DNA from: Candidatus Latescibacterota bacterium
GTDB lineage: Bacteria; Latescibacterota; UBA2968; UBA8231
Reading direction: 5' to 3'
NCBI GenBank assembly: GCA_965197905.1
Contig: CBDAOB010000005.1
Coordinates: 128,001-192,000 of the forward strand
DNA length: 64,000 nt
This document shows, in pieces, positions 10,520 to 19,571 of the stretch (position 1 is the first letter of the stretch; every line of letters begins with the position of its first letter). A program made the position numbers and the translations under genes. The notes under the pieces are model-generated. The model ran no database searches. It worked only from the letters and a program-made list of their open reading frames with translations, and had not been told where the DNA came from.

Positions 10520-10850
10520 GTCACCTTTTCCTAGAAACAGACCTCTGGCCAGGGAGACAAGGCAAACGTGGCGTCCTTACCTTCCCGTCGCAAGGCCCTC
10601 TGAAACTTGACGAACTGCAGCAAGTCCATGTACATAAGACGTTTTTCGAGTAAGTGCAATGAACAAACACACCTCGGAGAGCAAGCAGCGGTAGAGGAAA
10701 GCGTGAGCAATCAGATTTGCAGCAGAAAACGAGTGCGCAAGGGCTCGGTTCGCAGAGGTTTGTCCACCGGCGCAGATTGTTGACCTCGACCGTGAGATTG
10801 GTCATTGTCGTGTGCCGAAACGCAGCAGCACTTCTATGGAGGTTAGACGC

Positions 10851-12143
10851 ATGTATACGCTGCTCACAGGAGCTGTTTTCGTTGGCTTGATGCTATCGGT
10901 AAACTCGTCCCCCGCCGTCGCTTCACCCCTAAAGCTGTCCCACGGCTGGAGTGTGCACATCGGCGGTGGCAAGACCGCGACCGCAGAGGCTATTGGCATG
11001 ATGGAGAAGGGGTTGGACAATCCCCGTTTCGTCGTTTTGTACACGACCGCCGACTATGGCGAACCGGAAATCGCCGCCACCCTCCTCGAGCGTTATCCGG
11101 AGGCCAAACTCTTCGGCATGAACGTCTACCGAGGGGTATTCACTTCCGACGGTCTCCACATTGGAATACGTGGATCTCTGGCCATGATGGGGTTCGAGGG
11201 GGGTGATCTGATCTTTGGAGTTGCCGCACGTCAGGTGAAGGACGGCGTCGACATCGCGGCGATCACGCGCGAAACTTTTACAGCTGCCGCCCAGAACGCC
11301 GGTGTCGCGTCTGAAATTCCGCCATCCATGGTTCTACTTGGTGCTCTCAAGGGCACCGAAGATGCGGTCGTCGCCGAGCTTGGAAAACTGATGCATTCGG
11401 ATGTCCCACTGATCGGGGGCACCCACTCCGACAACAGTTTTCGGCCCGGGTACGTACTCGGAAACAACGAACTCATCGAGCACGGTATCGTTATTGCCTT
11501 GATTTATTCGGAGTCGAGCATTGGCGCCTCTTTCTATTCTGGTTTTGTCGGCAAGAAGAAAGCCGGGGTCATTACGGCGAGCGACGGACGACTTCTCAAG
11601 GAGATAGACGGCCGACCGGCTCAGGATGTGTACCGGGAGTGGGCGGGCGGTCACTTCGACGACATCGATACGTCCACCAAGAATGTTCTTGTGATGAAGA
11701 GCGCCACGCGCCCCCTCGCCAAAGCCATCCATCTCTCCAATGGCAAACTGCGTTACATTCCCGTGCGGCCGCAGCGGTTCAATATGGATGGCTCACTCAG
11801 CATGGGTGGCGACGTCACGCTCGGAGATACTATCTACTATGTCGAAGGCAACAAGGAGGCGTTGCGTAGACGGGCGGCTGCCGTGGCTCGCGACGCCATG
11901 GTGAACGGGAAAATCAAGGTGAAAAACGTGGCAGGTGGTCTGCACATCTACTGTGCCGGAGCGGCCAAGACCATCGGTCTCGAGCCGGACGGCGAGGCGG
12001 TGAGAATGGTTGATGAAGTGCGAAAGGCGATGAGAGACACTCCGTTAATCGGCGGATTTACCGCAGCTGAACAGGGCGCCATTCCCGGCTACGGAATATT
12101 CAACGGCAACCTGATGAGTTCGATGGTTGTGTTTCCAAAATGA
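10851..12143 (+). CDS. FIST-domain protein with N-terminal signal peptide/TM
   Basis: VPLIGG, LKEIDGRPA, IYCAG and PLIGGFTAAEQG...NGNLM match FIST_N/FIST_C; RBS GGAGG before MYTLL. Confidence 0.85.
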   Translation: MYTLLTGAVFVGLMLSVNSSPAVASPLKLSHGWSVHIGGGKTATAEAIGMMEKGLDNPRFVVLYTTADYGEPEIAATLLERYPEAKLFGMNVYRGVFTSDGLHIGIRGSLAMMGFEGGDLIFGVAARQVKDGVDIAAITRETFTAAAQNAGVASEIPPSMVLLGALKGTEDAVVAELGKLMHSDVPLIGGTHSDNSFRPGYVLGNNELIEHGIVIALIYSESSIGASFYSGFVGKKKAGVITASDGRLLKEIDGRPAQDVYREWAGGHFDDIDTSTKNVLVMKSATRPLAKAIHLSNGKLRYIPVRPQRFNMDGSLSMGGDVTLGDTIYYVEGNKEALRRRAAAVARDAMVNGKIKVKNVAGGLHIYCAGAAKTIGLEPDGEAVRMVDEVRKAMRDTPLIGGFTAAEQGAIPGYGIFNGNLMSSMVVFPK

Positions 12144-14065
12144 CCTCAAGGAGCAAGCTGAGCGCGATGTTGGGACTTGGTCTGAAGATCAGGGTCTTTG
12201 CCCTGATCTGCGGACTGGTAATCTCCTTCGTCGTGGCGCTCGCGATCTTGTCGCTTGAGGATCTCGCCGACCTGCTGCACGAGGACTTTCGCGCTAAGGG
12301 AGAACTTGTAGCCAGCTACTTTGCCCGCACATCAGTAGAAGGGATCATCATCGAGGATGAGGTCAGCCTGGGAGAAGCGATCGATCGACTGTTTGAGATC
12401 GAAGACGTCGTCTACGCCGGCATCTACGACAGCGAGCGCACCCTGATCATGCAAAAGGCGACGATAGAAACGGATGAACTTTACGGTTTGGATGCAGATT
12501 ACGGAAACGACACGGTGATCACCGAGCTGCTCTCGGGCGGAGATGGCGACATCTCCGTGCTCGATCTTACCGTGGCCGTCTTCGACGAGCAGTCGGATCG
12601 CATCGGCTGGGTTCGCACCGGCATCAGCTTGCAGGAGATCGACCGCAAGATATGGACTCAACGGTTGCAGTCCCTGGGCCTCCTCGGTGCCTTCATCCTC
12701 GTCGCTCTGGCGCTGACCTATCTGGCGGCCAACAGTATCGCCAATCCCATCAACGCCCTCGCCATGAAGGCTGAGTACATCGCCTCCAGCCGAGACTATA
12801 GCATGAGGGCCGAAAAAGCTCGAAACGACGAGATCGGCCTGCTCGTCGACAGCTTCAACGATATGCTCGAAGAAATCGAGCAGCAGCAAACGGCGCTTGC
12901 GGACAACGAAGAGCGTTTCCGATCTCTTGTCGAAACCACCAGCGACTGGATCTGGGAACTGGATGGGCACGGCAACTACACCTACGCCAGCCCCAAGGTT
13001 GGCGATCTACTGGGGTACGAACCGCAGCAGGTGTATGGCAAGAGCCCCGCTGACTTCATGACGCCAGAAAGTGCCCGCCGGTTCGCTTCGGCGCTCGATC
13101 AAATGGTCCAATCGAAAAGGCCAGTGCTGGGGCTGGAGAGCGAAGGCGTGCACAAGAGCGGTGAGCGGATGGTTTTCGAGATGAACAGCGTACCCATTTT
13201 GGATGGTGGCGGTAATCTGGTGGGGTACCGCGGCATGGACCGCGACATCACCGACCGGAAGAGAATGGAGGAGGAGCTCGAAGCTCAACGCACCCTGGAA
13301 CTGCGCTCCGACCGCTTGCGCTCACTGGGCGAGATGGCCGCGGGCATCGCCCACGAGCTCAACCAACCATTGACCGGTGTGCGCGGCATGGCCGAACATT
13401 TCCTGATCGGCCTCGAAAGAGGTTGGCCACTGACCGACGACGATATTCGAGATCGCACCGGCCGCATCGTCGAGCAGGTCGATCGCATGGTTCACATCAT
13501 CGAACACATTCGCATGTTCGCGCGAGAAGCCGGCAAACCGGAGACCGCGCTGGTACAGGTCAATGACGTGGTGCAGGACACCGTGGTGATGGTGGGGGCC
13601 CAGTTTCGAGCCCACGGACTGGACCTAGTCGTCGACTTGGCCGAAAACCTGCCCGACGTCCAGCTGAACCGATATTCGCTGGAGGAAGTCGTGCTGAATT
13701 TGCTGAGCAATGCACGCGATGCTGTTGAACAGCGCCAAGGCGGAAACGGGCAACCCGCAGTGAAGAAGGATCTGACAGATACCCCTCCGGCACGTATCTC
13801 CATTCGAACCTCGATGGAGGGGGTCGATCAGAGCGCGATGGTCACGATCGACGTAGAGGACAACGGCGCCGGCTTTCCACCAGAGCTGGCGGAGCGAGTG
13901 TTCGACCCGTTTTTCACCACCAAAGATCCAGACAAGGGCACGGGTCTGGGTCTATCCATCTCCAGATCGATCGTCCACGAATTCGACGGTTCCATACAGA
14001 TCCGATCCGTCTCTGGCGAGGGTACCACCGTGTCCGTGCAGGTGCCGCCGGCCCAGCCAGATTGA
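12140..14065 (+). CDS. Membrane sensor histidine kinase (periplasmic domain-HAMP-PAS-HK)
   Basis: Two TM segments, NDEIGLLVDSFNDML HAMP, TSDWIWE PAS, AHELNQP; overlaps FIST stop (ATGA). Confidence 0.93.
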   Translation: MTSRSKLSAMLGLGLKIRVFALICGLVISFVVALAILSLEDLADLLHEDFRAKGELVASYFARTSVEGIIIEDEVSLGEAIDRLFEIEDVVYAGIYDSERTLIMQKATIETDELYGLDADYGNDTVITELLSGGDGDISVLDLTVAVFDEQSDRIGWVRTGISLQEIDRKIWTQRLQSLGLLGAFILVALALTYLAANSIANPINALAMKAEYIASSRDYSMRAEKARNDEIGLLVDSFNDMLEEIEQQQTALADNEERFRSLVETTSDWIWELDGHGNYTYASPKVGDLLGYEPQQVYGKSPADFMTPESARRFASALDQMVQSKRPVLGLESEGVHKSGERMVFEMNSVPILDGGGNLVGYRGMDRDITDRKRMEEELEAQRTLELRSDRLRSLGEMAAGIAHELNQPLTGVRGMAEHFLIGLERGWPLTDDDIRDRTGRIVEQVDRMVHIIEHIRMFAREAGKPETALVQVNDVVQDTVVMVGAQFRAHGLDLVVDLAENLPDVQLNRYSLEEVVLNLLSNARDAVEQRQGGNGQPAVKKDLTDTPPARISIRTSMEGVDQSAMVTIDVEDNGAGFPPELAERVFDPFFTTKDPDKGTGLGLSISRSIVHEFDGSIQIRSVSGEGTTVSVQVPPAQPD

Positions 14066-14198
14066 ATCCGACTCTCTCCGTTGAGTCTGGGCAACGATAA
14101 CGGATCCCGTCGCCGGTTTAAAACTCAGGTAATATCATCTCGCTACTCTGAGCGCAGGTCGGCGCAGACGGAAGACGTATACGGGAACGTGTGGATCC

Positions 14199-14330
14199 GA
14201 AGTAATCTTGAACCTCTTGAACAGCGCCCGCGACGCCGTCGAATCGCAGCACAGTGATCCAGACCATCCGCCTCGCGTGCTGATTAGCACCCAAACTCGC
14301 GGTGAAGCCCCAAACCGGCAGGCGCTCGGC
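14199..14330 (+). pseudogene. Histidine kinase N-box fragment
   Basis: EVILNLLNSARDAVE...PPRVLIST matches the local kinase family; no start or G boxes. Confidence 0.6.
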
Positions 14331-14495
14331 GGTGAGCTGGAGACCGGCATCGGTGGATGGGTAAGTGGGCAGCAGTTTGTTAGCACTTCCTACTATCAAT
14401 AGTTGCCAAATATGCGGGTCTCGGCTGCCGTAGGAGCACAGAACAAATTCCATAACTCTTTTGTTCTTAAGATCTTAGTAACTCCAACCTAAAAG

Positions 14496-14511
14496 TGGCA
14501 TTGCTATTGCT
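14496..14511 (+). promoter_or_regulatory. Sigma-54 (-24/-12) promoter
   Basis: TGGCATTGCTATTGCT with an AT-rich tract upstream, ~35 nt before ATG 14546. Confidence 0.75.
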
Positions 14512-14545
14512 ATTTGCAGTATGGAACGGAAACAGAGGAGCCACT

Positions 14546-15220
14546 ATGAAGATCCTGTTGGTGGATGACGAGGATACGATTCTGCGAGTGTTGGGAGATT
14601 TCCTGGATGACTGTGGACACAAAACCCGGGCAGCTTCAAACGGTGCCGAGGCGTTGACCACAATCGAGGCGAATTCCGATACTGATCTGATTCTCAGCGA
14701 TATCCGCATGCCTGCTCTGGACGGTATCCACCTGCTGAAGGCGATGAGGGTCCGGCATCCGGGTGTGCCCGTTGTGCTGATGACCGGTCACGGCGACGAA
14801 TCAATCGCCATCGCGGCGTTGCGGGAGGGCGCTCACGGATACCTCAAAAAGCCGATTAAGCTGGACGAGTTGCTCTCGACGGTCGAACGCCTGGAAGAAC
14901 GCAAGATTCTGGAGTCCGAGGTCTTAGCGGAATACAAAGAGCTGCTCGCCACCGACGCGGCTACTCCTATGGTCGGCGCTTCGCAAGCTGCTGCACAAAT
15001 TCTCACCTGTTTGAATTCTGCTCACAAAGATCTCGGCAGTCTCGCGGACCGGTGCAACGCACTGGGTAGCTGGGGGCGCGAGGTCGCCAAGAACACAGAG
15101 AAGAATATCGGCGACGCCACCTTCCTCCTCGATGAGCTGCCAGGACTGCTGTCCTCGATATCGGGAGAACTGAATCGAATCGAATATCTGGTGGGGAGAG
15201 GTTCACATGATACCCGTTGA
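14546..15220 (+). CDS. Response regulator with helical C-terminal extension
   Basis: MKILLVDDE, LSDIRMP, MTGHG, KKP; RBS AGAGGAG. Confidence 0.88.
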   Translation: MKILLVDDEDTILRVLGDFLDDCGHKTRAASNGAEALTTIEANSDTDLILSDIRMPALDGIHLLKAMRVRHPGVPVVLMTGHGDESIAIAALREGAHGYLKKPIKLDELLSTVERLEERKILESEVLAEYKELLATDAATPMVGASQAAAQILTCLNSAHKDLGSLADRCNALGSWGREVAKNTEKNIGDATFLLDELPGLLSSISGELNRIEYLVGRGSHDTR

Positions 15221-16709
15221 CATTCTGCTGGTCGAGTCGAGTAAGGAAGACCGGGAATTCATGCATACGTCGCTGGCGGCAGCTGGCCACGCCGTCCAAG
15301 TGGCGCATCGGGGAGAAGAGGGATTGAAGATGTTCTCCTCTGGCGTATTCGATGTTGTGATTAGCGAAGTTGATCTTGCCGGCATGGATGGCATTGAAAT
15401 GATTCAGTCGATGCATGCCGCGGATCCGGCGCTGAGTCCCGTCGTCGTTTCCTCGTCTCGCAAGCAGGAAACGGCCGTACGCGCTTTGGAAGCCGGGGCC
15501 CGTAGTTTTTTGAGCAAACCATTTACCGCTGAAGCATTATGCCGTCGGGTAGACAAAGCGGTGCGTGAACGACGACGATTGGTAAATACCCAACTCCTGC
15601 TCGGAGATCTGCTAAGCCACCGGTCGGATCTACAAATCAAGGTTGCCGAATGCGAGCGTTATCTCAACCACCTTCTCGACGCGGCGCCGTTTGGTATCCT
15701 GTCTACGGATGTTCGTGGGGAGGTGCTGACCTTCAACGGACATGCTGAAGAGATCTACGGGAGCCGACAGGAAGACGTCGTCGGGCGCCCTCTGTCCGAC
15801 ATCTTCGGCATGGCCGATTTCGAGCGCATCCAGTTCCATTCTGGTGACGACGCGCTGGCATTCATAACCCAACATCTGCGCCAGTGTGGCCAACGTTTTC
15901 CCGTGCTCGTTCACTGCCGCAGCATCAAGAACGAAACGGGCCGAAGCATTGCGCGGCTTTACGTGGTTGAAGATCGCTCGGAGAGGGAAGAAATGGAATC
16001 CCAGTTGCTGTATGCCGAACGTCTGTCAGTGCTGGGCCAACTCGCGCCACGTATCGCGCACGAGTTCAAGACTCCCCTGCAGATCATATCAGGCACCGCT
16101 GAACTGGCCATGATACTGTTGGAAGAAGGCCAGACGGCCAAAGTGCTCAAACTGGCGGAAGGCCTTCTACCTGCGGCGGAACAGATGAATGACCTCGTGC
16201 AGCAAATGCTCGATCTTGGGAAACCTGAGCAGAGCAGGCAGGAGAAGATGGACCTGGGTCGTGAAATGGAGAAGATTCTGAAAGGTCTAGAAGGCCTGGG
16301 AGTAGTGAAGTATTGTCGCATCGAACGGACACTCGATCGCGATCTCCCTGCAGTAACGGGAGATCCGACCCAGATCGAGCAGGTTTTTCGGAACTTGATC
16401 GTCAACGCCGCCCAAGCGGTGGAAGAATCGGGGCGCAAAGAGCTGCGCCTCGGTGTTAAAGCGCTTCCGGAATGCGTTGAGGTACGGGTGGAAGACTCCG
16501 GGCCCGGTATATCCCCGGAGAACATGAAACGGATCTTCCAACCTTTCTTCACCACCAAGGGCGAGCGCAAGGGCACGGGACTGGGTTTACCAATCGTTAA
16601 GAACATACTCGATCGTCACAGCGCATCGATCGAGGTGGACAGCAAACCCGGCCACGGTACCAGTTTCGTGCTGAGGTTTCCGCTCGCTTTGAATCCGGTG
16701 GCGAACTAA
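15207..16709 (+). CDS. Hybrid kinase: atypical receiver-PAS-HK
   Basis: Receiver has LLVESS/VISEVD; PAS; PRIAHEFKTP H-box; FFTTK..GTGLGL. Confidence 0.9.
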   Translation: MIPVDILLVESSKEDREFMHTSLAAAGHAVQVAHRGEEGLKMFSSGVFDVVISEVDLAGMDGIEMIQSMHAADPALSPVVVSSSRKQETAVRALEAGARSFLSKPFTAEALCRRVDKAVRERRRLVNTQLLLGDLLSHRSDLQIKVAECERYLNHLLDAAPFGILSTDVRGEVLTFNGHAEEIYGSRQEDVVGRPLSDIFGMADFERIQFHSGDDALAFITQHLRQCGQRFPVLVHCRSIKNETGRSIARLYVVEDRSEREEMESQLLYAERLSVLGQLAPRIAHEFKTPLQIISGTAELAMILLEEGQTAKVLKLAEGLLPAAEQMNDLVQQMLDLGKPEQSRQEKMDLGREMEKILKGLEGLGVVKYCRIERTLDRDLPAVTGDPTQIEQVFRNLIVNAAQAVEESGRKELRLGVKALPECVEVRVEDSGPGISPENMKRIFQPFFTTKGERKGTGLGLPIVKNILDRHSASIEVDSKPGHGTSFVLRFPLALNPVAN

Positions 16710-17131
16710 GGCGGATTCGATCCGGCTTATTGGGCGTCGAAGGTTCGGAAGGCACCTTGGGCCAGGCTCGCAAAGCCGCACGTTGGTCCGACCGGATCGG
16801 GCCCGGCAAGAGGCTCCCGCCCAGCTGCGCTGACGATCATACCGTTTGTAGGCATTGGCAACGGCATCATGATCCGGAGCGTGATGTTGCGCCGCAACTA
16901 CCTCTTCAAACATCAAGTGGCAAACCTTGTGGGCATCTGTCCTAGTCGTTCCGTGGCATGATCGCCATCCTGTAGGCACCGAACTCCAGCGGCCGTCCGA
17001 AGTCTCCAAGCGTTTACAGGGGGCAACCCCCAGCGCTTGCGCCCGACATTATCAAGTCTTGCTAGGAAAATGTGCCAAACTTCAGGGCTAACCAAAGCTT
17101 TCGCATTCTGGCAACCAGGGGCCGCAGATTG

Positions 17132-17147
17132 TGGCATGATCCTTGCA
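17132..17147 (+). promoter_or_regulatory. Sigma-54 (-24/-12) promoter
   Basis: TGGCATGATCCTTGCA near-consensus, 60 nt before ATG 17208. Confidence 0.8.
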
Positions 17148-17207
17148 TTCCCAGCCGACGGATGACTACGAAGGAAGTGGTCGTCGATCTTAACGCAAGA
17201 GGTAAGC

Positions 17208-18541
17208 ATGAAGCCAAAATGGGAGATTGTCCTCCTAATCGTATTCAGTTTGTGGGGGGACATATATGCTGCGGAAACTGGATCGAAGCTCGCTGGGTTC
17301 GACGCACTTGAAGAGGTCAGGAGCTTGAGCGCTCGTTTGGAGGCTTTACAGACAGAACTCGAAAGTCGCGAAACGCTGCTGACGGATGACGTTGTCGACC
17401 TTTCAGGCGAAGAGGTGAGCGTAGGCGAAGGTGGCGACGGAGTCCCCAGTGTACTCGCAAGACCTTGGTATCACAACATCGACGTGTCCGGATTGGGCGC
17501 GTTTTGGTTGATCGATTCCGGGAGAGACGGCGCCCGTCCGGATCCGGGTTTTGTCATCAAGGAGTCGAGCCTGTTCATCGAAGCCCAGGCCTGGGAAGAC
17601 GTCTCCGTGTTCTTCGAAGTGCAGACGACGATGCTCCAGCGTGATAGCACACACGACGTTCGGACCGCCGAGCTCTATGCTCATTTCCGCAACATCCTGC
17701 GGAGATGGGGAGACGGCCTGCTGAACATCAAGATCGGTCGCGTCGACATTCCGTTTGGGGAAGAATATCTCTGGCAGGATGCCCCTGACAACCCTCTAGT
17801 CTCAAACTCCGCGGCCTATCCGTGGCTCTGGGATGAGGGCGCGGTATTTTACGGAAACATCGAGAAAGTGGGATGGGTCGGGGGGCGGTCATGGACGGCT
17901 CGATTCGCCGGAGTGTCGAAGAGAACGCGGACAAATCGATTACCCTCAAAGTCTATGGGCAGCCATGGAAGCCGCTCTACCTGAGCGCCAGTTGGATGAG
18001 AAACGGAGAGACATCGGCCGGGCCTTTCCTTCTGGGAGGAAGCCTGTTCCAACCGGTCGGTGTTGGTGGAGAGTCGATCGCGGGAGTGAGTCCAAGCGCC
18101 ACCGTCAACGCATCTCTCTACGAGCTCTACACGAAGACCGACCTGGGAAGACTCGATGTTGACATGTCCTTCGGTCGGGGTCGTATAGATGATGCCGCCG
18201 ATACATTCGACAGAGACCTCACCTGGTTCATGGTTCAACCATTGTACAAAGTCACGAAGGATGTAGATGCGGTTGCACGCTACAGCGAGATCGGCACATA
18301 TGACGACGCCGAAGGATACCACTTCGACGGAGAATTTCTCGCCAGTGGAAATGCCGCCTATGGATACGACGCGAAACGGCTGACAAGGCTGTCCGTGGGT
18401 CTCAATTGGAAGATCAATCCGCGAGCGAAAATCAAACTCGAGGTGGGACGGGATCGCTACTTCACAGTCGACCAATCACCCCTCGACCCGGCCAATGACG
18501 ACCGGAGCCATGCGGCTCTAGAACTCGCTGTTTCCTTCTGA
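17208..18541 (+). CDS. Outer-membrane porin-like beta-barrel, frameshifted at G6 run 17880-17885
   Basis: Signal peptide plus coiled coil; KIGRVDIPFGEEY; terminal LELAVSF; two overlapping ORFs meet at the G run. Confidence 0.75.
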
Positions 18542-18548
18542 GACTACC

Positions 18549-19550
18549 ATGAAGGCTCACATACTGATTCCGGTAGTCTCGCTCGCCATGCTGCTCCGAA
18601 TTGCGCACGCGCAGAGTTCAGAGATTCATCCGTCGATGGCCGATTTCGTAACTGCTCTCAACGAAGCGACAGCCCAAATCGGAACGGGTCACGTCGAGGA
18701 GCTACTGTCGGCGACTCGCGCGCTCGCGGCGGCCTCACGGGAGACAACTGGACTGCAACCCTACGCTAACGACGACAAAGGGGGTTCCTTCGACAGATAT
18801 CTCGAAGACCTCAGAAATCTCAGCGATGACCTCGTTGTTCACGTTGAAAATGGACAGACACCGGGAGCGGTCTCGGCGCTGCGGGAGATTAGAAATACGT
18901 GCGTCCGGTGCCACACCATCTTCCGCCCGAACACCGAGTCCAACTTTCCGAATCGGGGAAACATCATTCATGGCCAGGTGGCTATAGAGAAAATGAACGG
19001 GGACGACAGGACGGATCGCTCGAACGTCGTCGTTTTCCTGGATCGTGCGCCCGAAGGCCACCCGCACAGGCCCCACATCGCGATCAGTCAGGCAGACCGT
19101 GTTTTCACACCTCGGGTGACGGCTATCGTCAAGGGAACAACTGTTGATTTCCCCAACGATGACATAATTTTCCACAACGTCTTTTCTCTGTCCAAGACCA
19201 AGGCGTTCGATCTGGACATCTACTCCCCTGGAAAATCCAGATCAATAACCTTCGCGAAACCGGGATGGGCGAAGGTCTACTGTAACATCCATCCGGGCAT
19301 GATAGCGCACGTGATTGTTCTGGATAACCCATACTTTGCGGTGTCTGACATCAACGGGCATTTCGTCATTCCCAATGTTCCCGACGGCAAATACAGCATC
19401 CGGACGTGGCACGAATTCGCCAGCAGCATGAAGAAGAGGGTCGATGTAACCGGGGAAGTTGTCGAGGTTGTCGACTTCCAAATTCAGGAAGACAAACGGC
19501 TTCGCGCCCACAAGAACAAATTCGGAAAACAGTACAAGGGCAAGTACTAG
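18549..19550 (+). CDS. Exported cytochrome c'-like (CxxCH) plus cupredoxin/carboxypeptidase-regulatory-like fusion
   Basis: Helical domain ending TCVRCHTIFR; then VDFPNDDIIFHNVFS...YCNIHPGM and IPNVPDGKYSIRTWH. Confidence 0.8.
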   Translation: MKAHILIPVVSLAMLLRIAHAQSSEIHPSMADFVTALNEATAQIGTGHVEELLSATRALAAASRETTGLQPYANDDKGGSFDRYLEDLRNLSDDLVVHVENGQTPGAVSALREIRNTCVRCHTIFRPNTESNFPNRGNIIHGQVAIEKMNGDDRTDRSNVVVFLDRAPEGHPHRPHIAISQADRVFTPRVTAIVKGTTVDFPNDDIIFHNVFSLSKTKAFDLDIYSPGKSRSITFAKPGWAKVYCNIHPGMIAHVIVLDNPYFAVSDINGHFVIPNVPDGKYSIRTWHEFASSMKKRVDVTGEVVEVVDFQIQEDKRLRAHKNKFGKQYKGKY

Positions 19551-19571
19551 TAAAGGCCGGAAAAAATACGA

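Noticed and set aside
14495..14545. GTG start at 14495 for the response regulator
   Set aside because: Overlaps the sigma-54 promoter; the RBS supports ATG 14546
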